A stretch of DNA of 64,000 bases. It comes from the human T2T-CHM13v2.0 reference genome, Homo sapiens. The translations under genes and the position numbers were made by a program. Positions 53,021 through 64,000 of the stretch are shown here, piece after piece (position 1 is the first letter of the stretch; each line of letters begins with the position of its first letter). Below the pieces are notes generated by a model. It searched no databases. It had not been told where the DNA came from and saw nothing but the letters and a program-made list of their open reading frames with translations. The DNA is taken from the NCBI RefSeq assembly GCF_009914755.1, contig NC_060926.1. One strand, 5' to 3'.

Positions 53021-54174
53021 TGGCAAGGGTTACACAATGGCCTCATTGTGATGGTGTGGTGCTGGGTGCTGGGCACACAGCAGTTAATAAGATAAACACT
53101 GGACTGAAGTCTTAGCTGTGCCTGCCGCTCTTTGGTTCTTGGCAGCTAGTGGCAGAAGCAGAAACTCAGTAGCCTTTTATTGTTTACCTGGGCATGCTGC
53201 CTGCCTCTCTCTTTTTTCTGGATAGCTGAGGACCCTCTGAGTAGAATATGGGTGAGAATTGGGCACAGGCCATGGGCAGGGTCAGGGAGTGACCTTCCCC
53301 AGATCCCAAGGGCAGTGGGAGACAGCCAGGCCGCTCTCCTCCTCGTCGGCACTCAGTCTCACCACCGAAGGCTCCAAATCTCTGGGCAAAGGTTATAGCA
53401 CCTGCTGCCCAGGGAACATGTGACCACTTGAGCGCTGCTGGGTTGGAACAATCCACACAATCACGCCATTGTACTAAACATGCAGGTCTCCTTGCCAAGC
53501 CACACCTCATTCCAGCACTGCCAGACCCTTTTGGGGCCCTGATTTACAGGTGCCCCAAAGGGGGAGGTATTGTTCTAATGGCCCTGGGGGAGGATGAGGT
53601 CAATTCTGTGGGGCTCACTTACTCTGGCCTGCGCTGAGATCCAGGGAGAAGTAGATGGGAGAAGGAGTAAATAACCGCGTTCTAGCTTCAGGCCCTATGA
53701 GGAGTGGTAGACAAGATCATTACTGTTTGACTCCTGATGACATTGGCATTGACTATTGTCCTCCAACATTTGCTTTGCTTGGTGAAGACTGTTGAGCACT
53801 TGCTGATTTTTCAGAAGTCCAAAAGGTTCCCTTCTGTCATGACTGGGTCCAGAAATTCCCATCAAGTCACTATCCATTCTTGAAGATCTTCCTTCCCAGA
53901 ACTGGTTCTCAGCAGACCATTAGACAAGGATTTGGTGCTACTGAACTCTTGGTCTGTACAAGATTGTGTTTGTTATTGTCCTTCTAGGAGCAAGGAGTTC
54001 TACAGGGCTTTGTACCCTGTTGACACTCAGGCCAAGGTCACTGGTAGGTTTCACTCCACAGGACCATTCAGTGACTGCAAGGAAGTCCCTGCTTAGGCTG
54101 TTTATTTTTTTCATTATTAGTAACCGCACAGGAGATGGCATGATGAGGTAGAATCCAATTTGAATAAAGCAACC

Positions 54175-54499
<325 letters not shown>

Positions 54500-55864
54500 T
54501 AAAAGGCAAGTGAATAAGGATATACCTTTGCTTGGCACATTGCAAGATACTTGAGTGCCTGGCATGTAGTGAGTGCTAAAAAAAGGTGAATCTGAATCAA
54601 GAAGCTTAAAGCCAACCAGGGCCATTTTGGGTTCTGGATATTAGTTACAGGTTCAGAGATATCAGTTCTGCTTTATCCCCAATCCTCATCATACCTTTCC
54701 ACAAAGAGAGAGGAAGAGACTGCGCCAGCACTCACCCTTTCCCATCTTCACTTGCAGAAAAGACCCTGGTTTAGAGGTCAGGACCCAGGCATCTGAGATG
54801 CCTTTGCCCCTGACCCTGGCTCTTGGGGGCCAGCAGGTGGTCCCTGTGTCCCATGTTTTGTCTCTCCAGAGTCATCCTCCAGGGGAACACACACACCCTG
54901 ACCATGGGAAGGGAGGTCTGGCTAAAGGAGGAGGCCACTGCAATGACTGAACACCTACTTTATGAGCAAGCACCAACTATGTGTCAGATGCTGTCCAAAG
55001 CGTGGCGTGTCCAACATTTTCACCATTCTTGGTGCCTTATCTCTAAGGAAAAAGGTCTGCAACCTTGAACTTCTGAGTTGGACTGTCTTGGAGACTCCTC
55101 TATGCAAGTTACTGTGGGACCTTAACAGGTGATTTAGCCCTTCTGAACCCCCAGTGACCTCACCTGTGGAATGGGGATCATGAGAACACCTTCATTTCAG
55201 GAGTTGTGTGAGGATTAAATGAGATGATGAAGCGCATGGCACAGGGCTTGTTAAGAGCTCTGCAAATTTTAGTCATGCCGGTGATGATGAAGAAGAAATG
55301 CGAGTGCTCTAAAGGCTCCCCAAGGTGTTATCCTTGGCTTCACTGCTGCCTAGAATTTGCAGCAGGGCAGCAAGAAGGCCCTGATGCTGGCAGTCCTGGG
55401 AAGCCTGAGTGTTTCTCACTTGCCTAGTGGCCTGGGGACAATCACTTTCTCCTTCCGCACCTTCAGATCGGGGTCTGAGGGTTGAGTCCCCAGGGCTCTG
55501 GGTCAGAGACACAATGTCAGAGTTGTTCCAAAGGACAGAAAGTCCCCTCTCCTCCAGGCGCCCAAGCCTCACCCTTAACTCCTCTGGGTCAGGCCACCTC
55601 CTGTCCCCTCTGCCTGCTGAAGGTGGGAGGAGTAGGGAGGAGGGGTGGGGTAGCAGAGGAGAAGGGCCCTGGAGGAATGGCGAGCCCCTCCAGGGCCAGG
55701 GTGTCTCTCCCCATCCCCGCCCAGAGCACAGCGGACTTTCTCTAGTTCACTCCTCCCAGCGGCTGGGTCTCCAGGTGCCTTCCTTTAATTAAAAGTATTT
55801 AGCCTTCCGCTACACTGGCCTTCATTTGTATGGGATCCTTCTTTTTATGCAGCCTCAGTATCAG

Positions 55865-56105
55865 AACGAGCCAGGAGGTTAACGGAGCGTCGTCCTGCAG
55901 CGTCCCGGGACACCAGGGCCCAGCGCGCGCTCTGCTTCCCCGCGCTGCCCTGTGGGATTCCGCAGGTGGCGGCCCTCACAGGTCGGGAGCTGTCAGGTTT
56001 CCAGCCCCTCCGCCCCGCAGGGCTGGGCCTCCAGGCGCCAGGAGAGGCGCAGCAGGTTCCCCATCCCCCCCGGCAAAGCGCATTCACAGCCCGCCTCTCC
56101 GTGGG
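55865..56105. promoter_or_regulatory. Small CpG-rich element with a CTCF-like motif
   Basis: Dense CpG (GCGCGCGC, CCCCGCGC, CCGCCCCGC). TCCGCAGGTGGCGGC at 55959-55973 matches CCASYAGRKGGCRSY at 13/15 positions. Confidence 0.55.
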
Positions 56106-59100
56106 CTGAATGAAGGAGGAAGACAGCTGTTTTCTGATCACCTACGTGTGCCAGACACTGGACTGAGTTCCGTGGGTATTCCAGGGAAGGACAGTCACAA
56201 CTCCTGCCTGGAACTCATAGCTCCTCAGGAGGAATCTGTCTTGGTGACTACACAAAGAACTATGACATCAGGTAGCAGGTGGTTAAAAACTGCAGGAATG
56301 TTTCACCCGAAGTGGCACTGATTATTAGAGAAAAGCAGGACACGAACTGTCAGCGGCAGATCCTTACGAATGTTTTTTGTTTGTTTTCTCAGATGAACAT
56401 TCTGATGCTTAAGATAATCAGGCAAATTCACCAAGGCCATGTAGATGGTGACAGGCGGGCCTGGGGTTTAAACCCCAGCCAGCTGGTCTCCCAGGTCCAT
56501 CGTTTCCCATTCAGGAGAGGAAGCTGACTGCTTGAGACCAGACTCCTTTCCCTCCACGTACTTGTGCTCTGATGGAGGCTCAGACACAGACCTGGGAGAC
56601 TCCAGATCATGGCGTTTGTTTCTGACTCCAGTCGCCTCTGTCTCATGGTTCTGGCTTCCTCAACCTACCTGAGGTTTTGTCTGTAAACTGCTCCTGGCCT
56701 GCTCACTGTCCCACTCAAGTCCCTCTCCATCCCCAGGCCAACATCCACCCCTTCCAGCTGCCCCAGGGTCTTAGGAGCCAAGGGACAAGAGCAGGAAGGA
56801 GGCCTGATTCTTACAGATAAGGAAAGGGAGATGCAGGACGGGCTTCTCCAGTTCTGCTTAAGTTTTTACTCGTTATCCCAGACTGACTCAGGAGTCCCAC
56901 CCCCTCCCCCTCACTTCTGCAAGCTAGTTCGGATGGTCCTTTCCTACAAATTTCTCTTCCTTGGACTAGGAGACAGGCATTATGGGGGTGGGGGGTGGTA
57001 ATGGGAGTTGCTGTGTTTCATTTCCATGCAGAGTGTCTGATGCAGAGTAGACAACCAATACATAGTGAATGAATGAATGCATGGGTCATAGATTGGGCTC
57101 AGAAGTAGACGTAGATGCCCATGTAAAAGACAGAGGAGGAAACAATGTGGACGAAAAGGTGGAAGGGGTGTGGAATCCCTTAGCCACCAGCATTCTGTAG
57201 TCTTCCAGAGAGTACACACCAGGGGTCATGCCACAGCCCCTCCCATGATACTCCCGAGGAAAGCAGGCAACATTTCCTTTCACTTTGCTCTGTGGAGCCT
57301 CTGGAACTGGGAGCCTAATGGATCACCATTGCTGTCTGGAGTCAGCCCAGAAAGACAGTCAGTTAATACTATTCTAGGTTCAGGGTAGACCTAGGTCCAG
57401 GGACAAGAAAGGGAATGATGAGCTTAGGATTTATTTTACAGGTGTGCTTTCAGCACGTTTTTAGTCACTCCTTCCCCTTCCCTGCCCGCTGGTGAAGGAC
57501 CTAGAAGATAAAAGTGTTTCATTAGCACTTTCTCAGCCATGCACCCAGAGTGGGTTGAGCTCTCCTGTCTCACATCTCCTTTGCCACGGGTGCTGTGCTG
57601 AGTTGGGGGAAGGCGGAGAGACTGCTTGAAATAATGGCAGCATTCGTATCCCAGAGTAATTTAATAGCATTATCTCATATCATTTTCATGAGCAGTTGAT
57701 AAGGTTACTGTTGATCTGTTTTACGGATGAGCAAAGTGAAGCTCTGATGAGCTAAACACCATACTCAAGGTCAGGTCATTTAATGACTGTGTGCAGAAAT
57801 CAGGACTTGGACCCAGGCCTTCCAATTCCAGAGTCTGTCTCTGGGACTAGGGAACACCATCAGGAAGGGAACTGGAATCTGGACAAGATCCTTGAATCCC
57901 CAGGCTTTGCCCAGGAAAAGTGGAATCTTCATGAAGAGGTCACTTGGAAGAATAAGACAAGCATCTTGATTGAAATGATATTCAATAGGTCAGGTCTCTT
58001 CTCTATTTCAGGCACTATGACTTTAGAGATGTGTTAAAACACAAATATTTTTGTTGGGAGTAGTGTGATGATATTAAGCCAAAGGCTCAGCAGAGTTATT
58101 AGCAGACACTGGACCATTCAATGAGCTTGCCATCACTCAGAAACCAGAGAGCAAGACCGTCAGGGAATAGATCTTTAGGTGCAATTTGATGGAGATGCAG
58201 GCAGGCTGGGAATGGGAAGGGGATGAGGACAAGTATCTGAGCAGTGAGCTCTGTGAGTGGTGGGATTTGGAAGGCTGCAAGGAGGGCATTCTTAGAAGCT
58301 CTCTGAGGCCAGAACCTGGGACTGCCTTATCCTCTCTGTGTCCCCACTGACCTACACAGCTCCTGGTACACGTAGGTTCTCAATATTGAGAAGCAGTAAG
58401 TAGTAATTGAGTGTTCCAAGAAGAAATAGTTGAGAGAGAAGGTATGGAAGTAGGAGAGCAGACTGGAAGGCAGCTTTCATGTAGGTGAATTTCACTTTAG
58501 GGTTGGAGCCGTGTGAGAGGGAGTGAGGTGGTGTGAACATGTCAGTGTGAGCTGAAGCTCCAGTTTTCTCATAGTGCTTTCTTCACCCCAAAACGGACAT
58601 TTCCAAAAAGTTTTTAAAAGGTTTTGAATATAAAATTGGGCTTACCCTGGAGTGAGCTGTGATGGGGTGGGAAAGGTGCTGGCTTAATGGAGTGCAGACA
58701 GGTCCTCAACTGATTTAGGTGAAAAGAAAGGTCTTGATGGGTCTAGAGGCCCAAGGAATAAATATCAACCCTGCACAAGGGAGGCTTGTTTCCACCCAAT
58801 GCAGACATAATAGCACAAGCAGTGCCAAAGGTCTTCTGGAAATTGTATTCTATTCACTGACACTCTTTAGTTGAAAAAATGGCAAACAATTAGGCCCGAT
58901 TAGGCAAAAAATATAGGAGATGGGTTATAGAGATGCAGAGATGGGTTATGGAACCCAAGGTCAATGATGCAGCTGAGTTTCAGAAATGACCAGAACCAGG
59001 ACCCAGAAGGTCACTCACTGGGCTGCTGACCATCTGTTTCCCTCCCTCCCTCCCTCCCTCTCTCTCTCTTTCTTTCTCTCTCTTTCTCTCTCTCCCTCCA

Positions 59101-59967
59101 TCTCTTCCACCTCCTCCCCCCTCTGTTTCTATTGGAGCATTGGCTTCTCTTTCTGTATCTCTGCAGGGAAGTTCTCTTTTCCATCAGGCAAAAGGCAGGT
59201 CCTGAGATTACTCATTAGATCCTCATGAAGAGAGTGACCACTCCTCTTTCATCAAAGAGAATCTCCTCATCCCAGCCTGTGTTGCTTGACACCCTGGTCC
59301 AGTCCACTCTCACTGAGGCTATTGGGGGTTCATTTTTGTGAATAAAGATTGCAGTTCTCAGAGAATAGGAAGTCAAGATCTTTTGGGCTGCTTAGACATC
59401 TCGAAGATACTCATTGAGGGTGCTTTCTCAGATGGCTTGGGAGTTTTCTAAATATCTATTTGTCATAATTTCCTATCCAGTGTGCTGGGACTGACTGAAA
59501 GGTTGTTATATTCTTAGGTGGGACCAATAGGAAAAGCACATCCAAGATAAAAGTGCTATATTTCCTCTATACTTCTTTGAGTTGCACCACACTTGGGTTA
59601 ATAGCTCCATTCTAACCATTACCTACAAAGAAGGAGACTGAGAAAGAGAAACAGAGAGGACTAGGAACCATGAGAACAGTGTATACCATGCCCACTGAGG
59701 ATGAATTACAGGAACAAAGGATATTTTGCCTAAAAAATAGAAGACTGAGGGTGAAATAAAAGTCCTTTTTAGAAAACTAGACAGTGGTTATGAGGAGAGA
59801 GAATCCATAGGCTTGGTGAGCAATGTGTGAACATCGTGGACAAGTCAGTTTTGCTTAAGTCCGAGTAGCACGTTTGAGGCAGTTGATCTGCCCACACTGT
59901 AATGGGCATTGCCTTAGGAGGGAGTTAATGGCCTATTGCTATGCTACAAGTCTTCTTTAAAAAAAAA

Positions 59968-60338
59968 ATTCAATAGGTTTTTGGGGAACAGGTGGTGTTT
60001 GGTTACATGAATAAGTTCTTTAGTGGTGATTTCTGAGATTCTGGTGCCCCCATTACCCAAGGAGTGTACACTGTACCCATTGTGTAGTCTTATCCCTCAC
60101 CCCTCCTCCCACCCTTTCCCCCGAGTCCCAAGGTCCATTGTATCATTCCTATGCCTTAGCATCCTCATAGCTTAGTTTCCACTTATGAGTGAGAACATAT
60201 GATGTTTGCTTTTTTATTCCTGAGATACTTCACTTAGAATAATGATCTCCAGTTCTATCCAGGTTGCTGCGAATGCCATTATTTCATTCCTTTTTATGGC
60301 TGAGTAGTATTCTATGGTATATACATACACCACAATTT
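59968..60338 (-). mobile_element. L1PB-type 3' end fragment
   Basis: TTTTGGGGAACAGGTGGTGTTTGGTTACATGAATAAGTTCTTTAGTGGTGATTTCTGAGAT...TTTATGGCTGAGTAGTATTC. Confidence 0.88.
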
Positions 60339-60579
60339 GCTAAGAGTCTTCTTTAAGAGGAGGGTTGATGCTGAGGATGCTAAGCAGAGGAGACTTTGGG
60401 GTTGGGGATTTCCAAACCTGATTGATCATGAAATTGGCTAGAGGAGTTTAAAAAATCATAGACTCTTGAGTTGGGGTGGGGAAGAGTCTCCCACAGGTGA
60501 TTCTAATGGTCATCTGGACTTGGAAACCATTGAATCAGAAGACCTTTAAGGTATGTTCAAATTCGAAATTTTGACAGAC

Positions 60580-60770
60580 TTATCTACAACAAGTGTGGCC
60601 CCCAGACTAGCAGCATCAGCATTATCTGGAAACTTACTTGAAATTCCAGTTCTTCAACCCCACCTAAGACCTACTGAATCACAAACTCTAGGGGTGGATT
60701 CTAGCTATCTGTGTATTGCTAAATACACAGGTGATTCTGATGCCTGCTCAAATCTGAGCACCACCAATCT
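60580..60770. mobile_element. MER5A-type DNA transposon
   Basis: AGCAGCATCAGCATTATCTGGAAACTT...CACCTAAGACCTACTGAATCACAAACTCTAGGGGTGG...CAGGTGATTCTGATGC. Confidence 0.78.
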
Positions 60771-60844
60771 TCAGTATTTATTAGTCATTCTATTTTTATT
60801 CTATATATTGGAGTCATGAATTCCATTGCATTTACCACCTAATA

Positions 60845-61400
60845 TGTTGTAGCCAGCCTTAAAGGTGGCCACTAGAGAATCCCAAAGGCAAAGCATTCCC
60901 TGCCTCCCACTATTTAGGCCCTTGTGTATTTCTTTCTCACATGTTATCAGAGTTAGTCTATACGACCAGTAGAGTACAGCAGATTGATGGTATATCAATC
61001 CTGAGTCTAGATTTTGACAGACAAGGCTTCTGTCCTGCTCTTTCTTGGATCACATGTCCACTACTATGTCATGAGAACACTCAGGTATCCCCATGGAGAA
61101 GCCCATGTGGAGAGAAACTGAAGCTTCCTGCCAACAGCCATTAGGAACCCAAGGCCTCCAGTCAGAAATTAGGCGACATTGTGGATGTGGATCCTTCAGC
61201 CTCAGTCAAGATTTCATATGACTGTAGGACTGGTTGACAGCTTGACTGTAACCTCATGAAAAACCCTGAGCCAGAATCACCCAGCTGTGCAGCTCTTGGA
61301 TTGCTGACCCTCAGGAATAGATGTCTGAGATAATAAATATTTGTTGTTCTAAACTTCTAAGTTTTGGGTAATTTGTTACATGGCAATAGAGAACTAACAC
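60845..61400 (+). mobile_element. MLT1 (MaLR) LTR
   Basis: GCCCATGTGGAGAGAAACTGAAGC...CCCTGAGCCAGAATCACCCAGCT...ATAATAAATATTTGTTG...TAATTTGTTACATGGCAATAGAGAACTAACA. Confidence 0.8.
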
Positions 61401-62292
61401 TAAACTCTTATTCTCACATCTGCTCTGATAAATTCCACTCTTGGTCATATAGGTGTTCTGACAGGAGACTCCTCAGAGAATATTTTCACAGCTAGAGAAT
61501 AAAGTGAAATTTCTTCTTCTTTTTTTTTAAACCGACTTCATTTGAGCCATAAATCTGCCTCTAGCACTGACACTGAAATTTGGTGACACATTGATTCATT
61601 CTTGGCATTTTAAATGTGTCTATGATAAAATCCCCTCAGGGAATCCTTTCAGAACCCAGTTGGGAGATATCAGGGGCACTCTTTTAGGTCCAGTAGATGC
61701 TTTATTCTGCTTTGGCTGGACATTCTGGCTGGGACAATGCGTCAGCCTGAGGGAGAGGTCACATGGCCTTTTCTAGAGACAAGTCAGAAAGAATGGCAGT
61801 TGCAGGGGATGGGGAGTAGTAGTTCAGGCCGGTGATACTTCCCTTCCTGTAAAAGAAACAGAGAGAGAGGCTAATTGGGTCTTAGTCTTTGCATTTTGTA
61901 TATGTATATGTATGTGCATGCATGTGGGTTGTTCTTTCCATTTACCATCTTGGAAGTCTTCAAAGAATTAGCGTCCACGACCACTGGTCAAACATTATAC
62001 CTTTTGTTCGTTGCTTTCCCCCTGGTTGGTATTTTCTTGTATGAAAAGGGAGCTACAGAGGAGGGATCACAGAACTGGAGAGAGGGGCAGCAAACATTCT
62101 GAGTCTCTGAGGACCAAGGCTAGTCCATGAGAAGCTGGCCTGGGTCTGTGAAGGAGGCCTCAGGTCTCAGCTCTTAAGATTTTCTTCTGGGATTCCAAGA
62201 CAGTGTCCTCTGCTGCTTCTTTCCACTGGCTGGACTCTGCCTGTCATTCAGGCAGGAGCCACCAGGTGGAGAAATGTGTAGATGACATCCTG

Positions 62293-62295
<3 letters not shown>

Positions 62296-62344
<49 letters not shown>
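62296..62344. repeat. (CA)n microsatellite
   Basis: Direct reading. Confidence 0.95.
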
Positions 62345-62350
<6 letters not shown>

Positions 62351-63066
62351 CATTCACAACAAACATTGTACATTTATGAAAGTTAGTTACCATTAATTCT
62401 CTCCCGGCCTTTGTTGTCTCATCTTTAAAGTGAAAAGGTTAAAGAAAGTGTTGTGTAATGTCTGCTCTGAATTTCTAGTATTCTACAGTATTGCAGTAAT
62501 AACAAGGCTTCTTTTACTTTTTAAAAACATATTGCAGGTCCTTAAGGTTTTGGGGTCATAGCCATGTTCCCCATTCCTTCCTTTCTCACAGTTTACTTGA
62601 GATCTCTCTGAACATCACCTACCACTCAAAGTCAGTTTCCTCAACTTCTTTTTATTTTAAAAATGTCTCTATATTTTCACTTACCTGTTTTTCTTTTTTT
62701 ATCTCTCTCTTAATTTTGGACACAAACTTTGTGTGCTTTCTTGGATTTCCTCAACTGCCTCTATTTTCTCTCGTTAGGTGCCCAGACAATTCTGAGTTTT
62801 CCCTCCTTTTCCAGGCTGGATCACACCATGGGATTTGGTGTTGTGGTGAATGGGGACTGGATGATGCAATCCAGAAGCCCAGGGGGATTTGCTCACTGTT
62901 GGGTAAATCTTGATTGGTGGGAAATGGAAGACTGGAGGAAGATGGTCAGATAAATCCTCCTCCTCCTTCCTGCGAATACTTTAAGGTATGATTTCTCCTT
63001 GCAAATCCTACAGAGAAGCCCAGCATGTCAAGCAAGCATGTCTCATGAGTGTCCTGCTGTATGTCT

Positions 63067-63654
63067 GTGATGGTTAATTTTATGTATCAACTTGACTAGA
63101 CCATGGGGTGCCCAGGTGTCTGGCTAAACATTATTTCTCAGGTGTTTCTGTGGGTGTGTTTCTGGATGAGATGTGCATTTGAATCAGCTGACTGAATAAA
63201 GTAGATTGCCCTCCCTAATGTAGAAGTGCCAATCAATTGAGGGCCTGAATAGAACAAAAAGGCAGAGGAAAAGTGAATTTGCCCTCTGTCTAACTGCTTG
63301 AGCTGGGACATCAGTCTTCTACCTTTGAACTGGAACTTACAGCATTGGAATTCCTAGTGGTCAGGCCTTTGGACTTGGACTGTAGAACTGTATTGCTGGC
63401 TTTCCCGGTTCTTCAGCTTGCAGATGGCAGATCTTGGGAATTCTCAGCTCCATAATCACATGAACTAACTCCTTATAATAAATCTGTCTCTCAATGTGTC
63501 TCTCTCTGTGCCCCTGTCCCCACTCTGTTCCTCTCTCTCTCTCCATGTATAGATATATAGGTCTGTATGTGAGAGATCTATCTCTATATCTATGTATATA
63601 TCTCTATCTCTATGTTGTATTAATTCTGTTTCTCTGGAGAACTCTGACTAATAC
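63067..63654 (+). mobile_element. MLT2 (ERVL) LTR
   Basis: TGTGATGGTTAATTTTATGTATCAACTTGACT...TTCTGTTTCTCTGGAGAACTCTGACTAATACA. Confidence 0.88.
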
Positions 63655-64000
63655 AGCATCTTTGCAGCTTGGTGTGAAGTTGCCACTAGGATAGCAATGC
63701 GTTTCATCACAGGGCCTTCCATCTGCCTCCATTTATTCCTCACTTTCATTGTCCTGAACTTGCACCCTTCCCCCACATAAAATGTCAGCACTTCAATCCT
63801 TGCCTCAGGCTCTACTTTCTATAGGATCTAGGCCAAGACACCTGGCCCGGGATGACAAAGTGTCCCTCACCTTTTTAGGCCAATTATGCCACTTGAGTTC
63901 TCCTTTTAATCTTTTTCTTCCTCCTCCATATTTTATTAACCATCCTTCCATTGTTTTGAATCTTCAACTTCTCTCTCTCTCTCTCTCTCTAGATTCTTTC

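Noticed and set aside
55830-56321. 163-aa Pro/Gly/Arg-rich ORF
   Set aside because: Explained by stop-codon depletion in the CpG-rich element.
62815-62902. Possible isolated exon (TTTTCCAG ... G|GTAAAT)
   Set aside because: Weak donor, no recognisable translation and no partner exons identified.

Overview
Primate (very probably human) genomic DNA from a TRIM43-type segmental duplication; from recall this is 2q11, not verified. The first ~47 kb is AT-rich. It holds a complete six-coding-exon TRIM43-family gene (639-6192, +, 446 aa, RING/B-box/coiled-coil/PRY-SPRY), an intact intronless 393-aa UBTFL (UBF-like HMG-box) retrogene ORF (31869-33050, +) and two decayed TRIM49/51/77-type gene remnants. 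It also carries LTR1, MER41 and a full solo LTR12, plus many Alu, L1, MLT and MER repeats. Near 46-48 kb is a processed CDON pseudogene (- strand) whose first Ig domain is joined directly to the cytoplasmic C-terminus. After ~48 kb the DNA is more GC-rich and MIR/L2-rich, with no recognisable protein gene and one small CpG-rich element carrying a CTCF-like motif. Main leads: the intact UBTFL ORF with a candidate upstream promoter and non-coding first exon, DUX4 motifs upstream of the TRIM43 start codon, the internally deleted CDON retrocopy, and unusual TRIM43 residues. All family and repeat names come from recognising sequence by eye, not from a database search; repeat boundaries are approximate.
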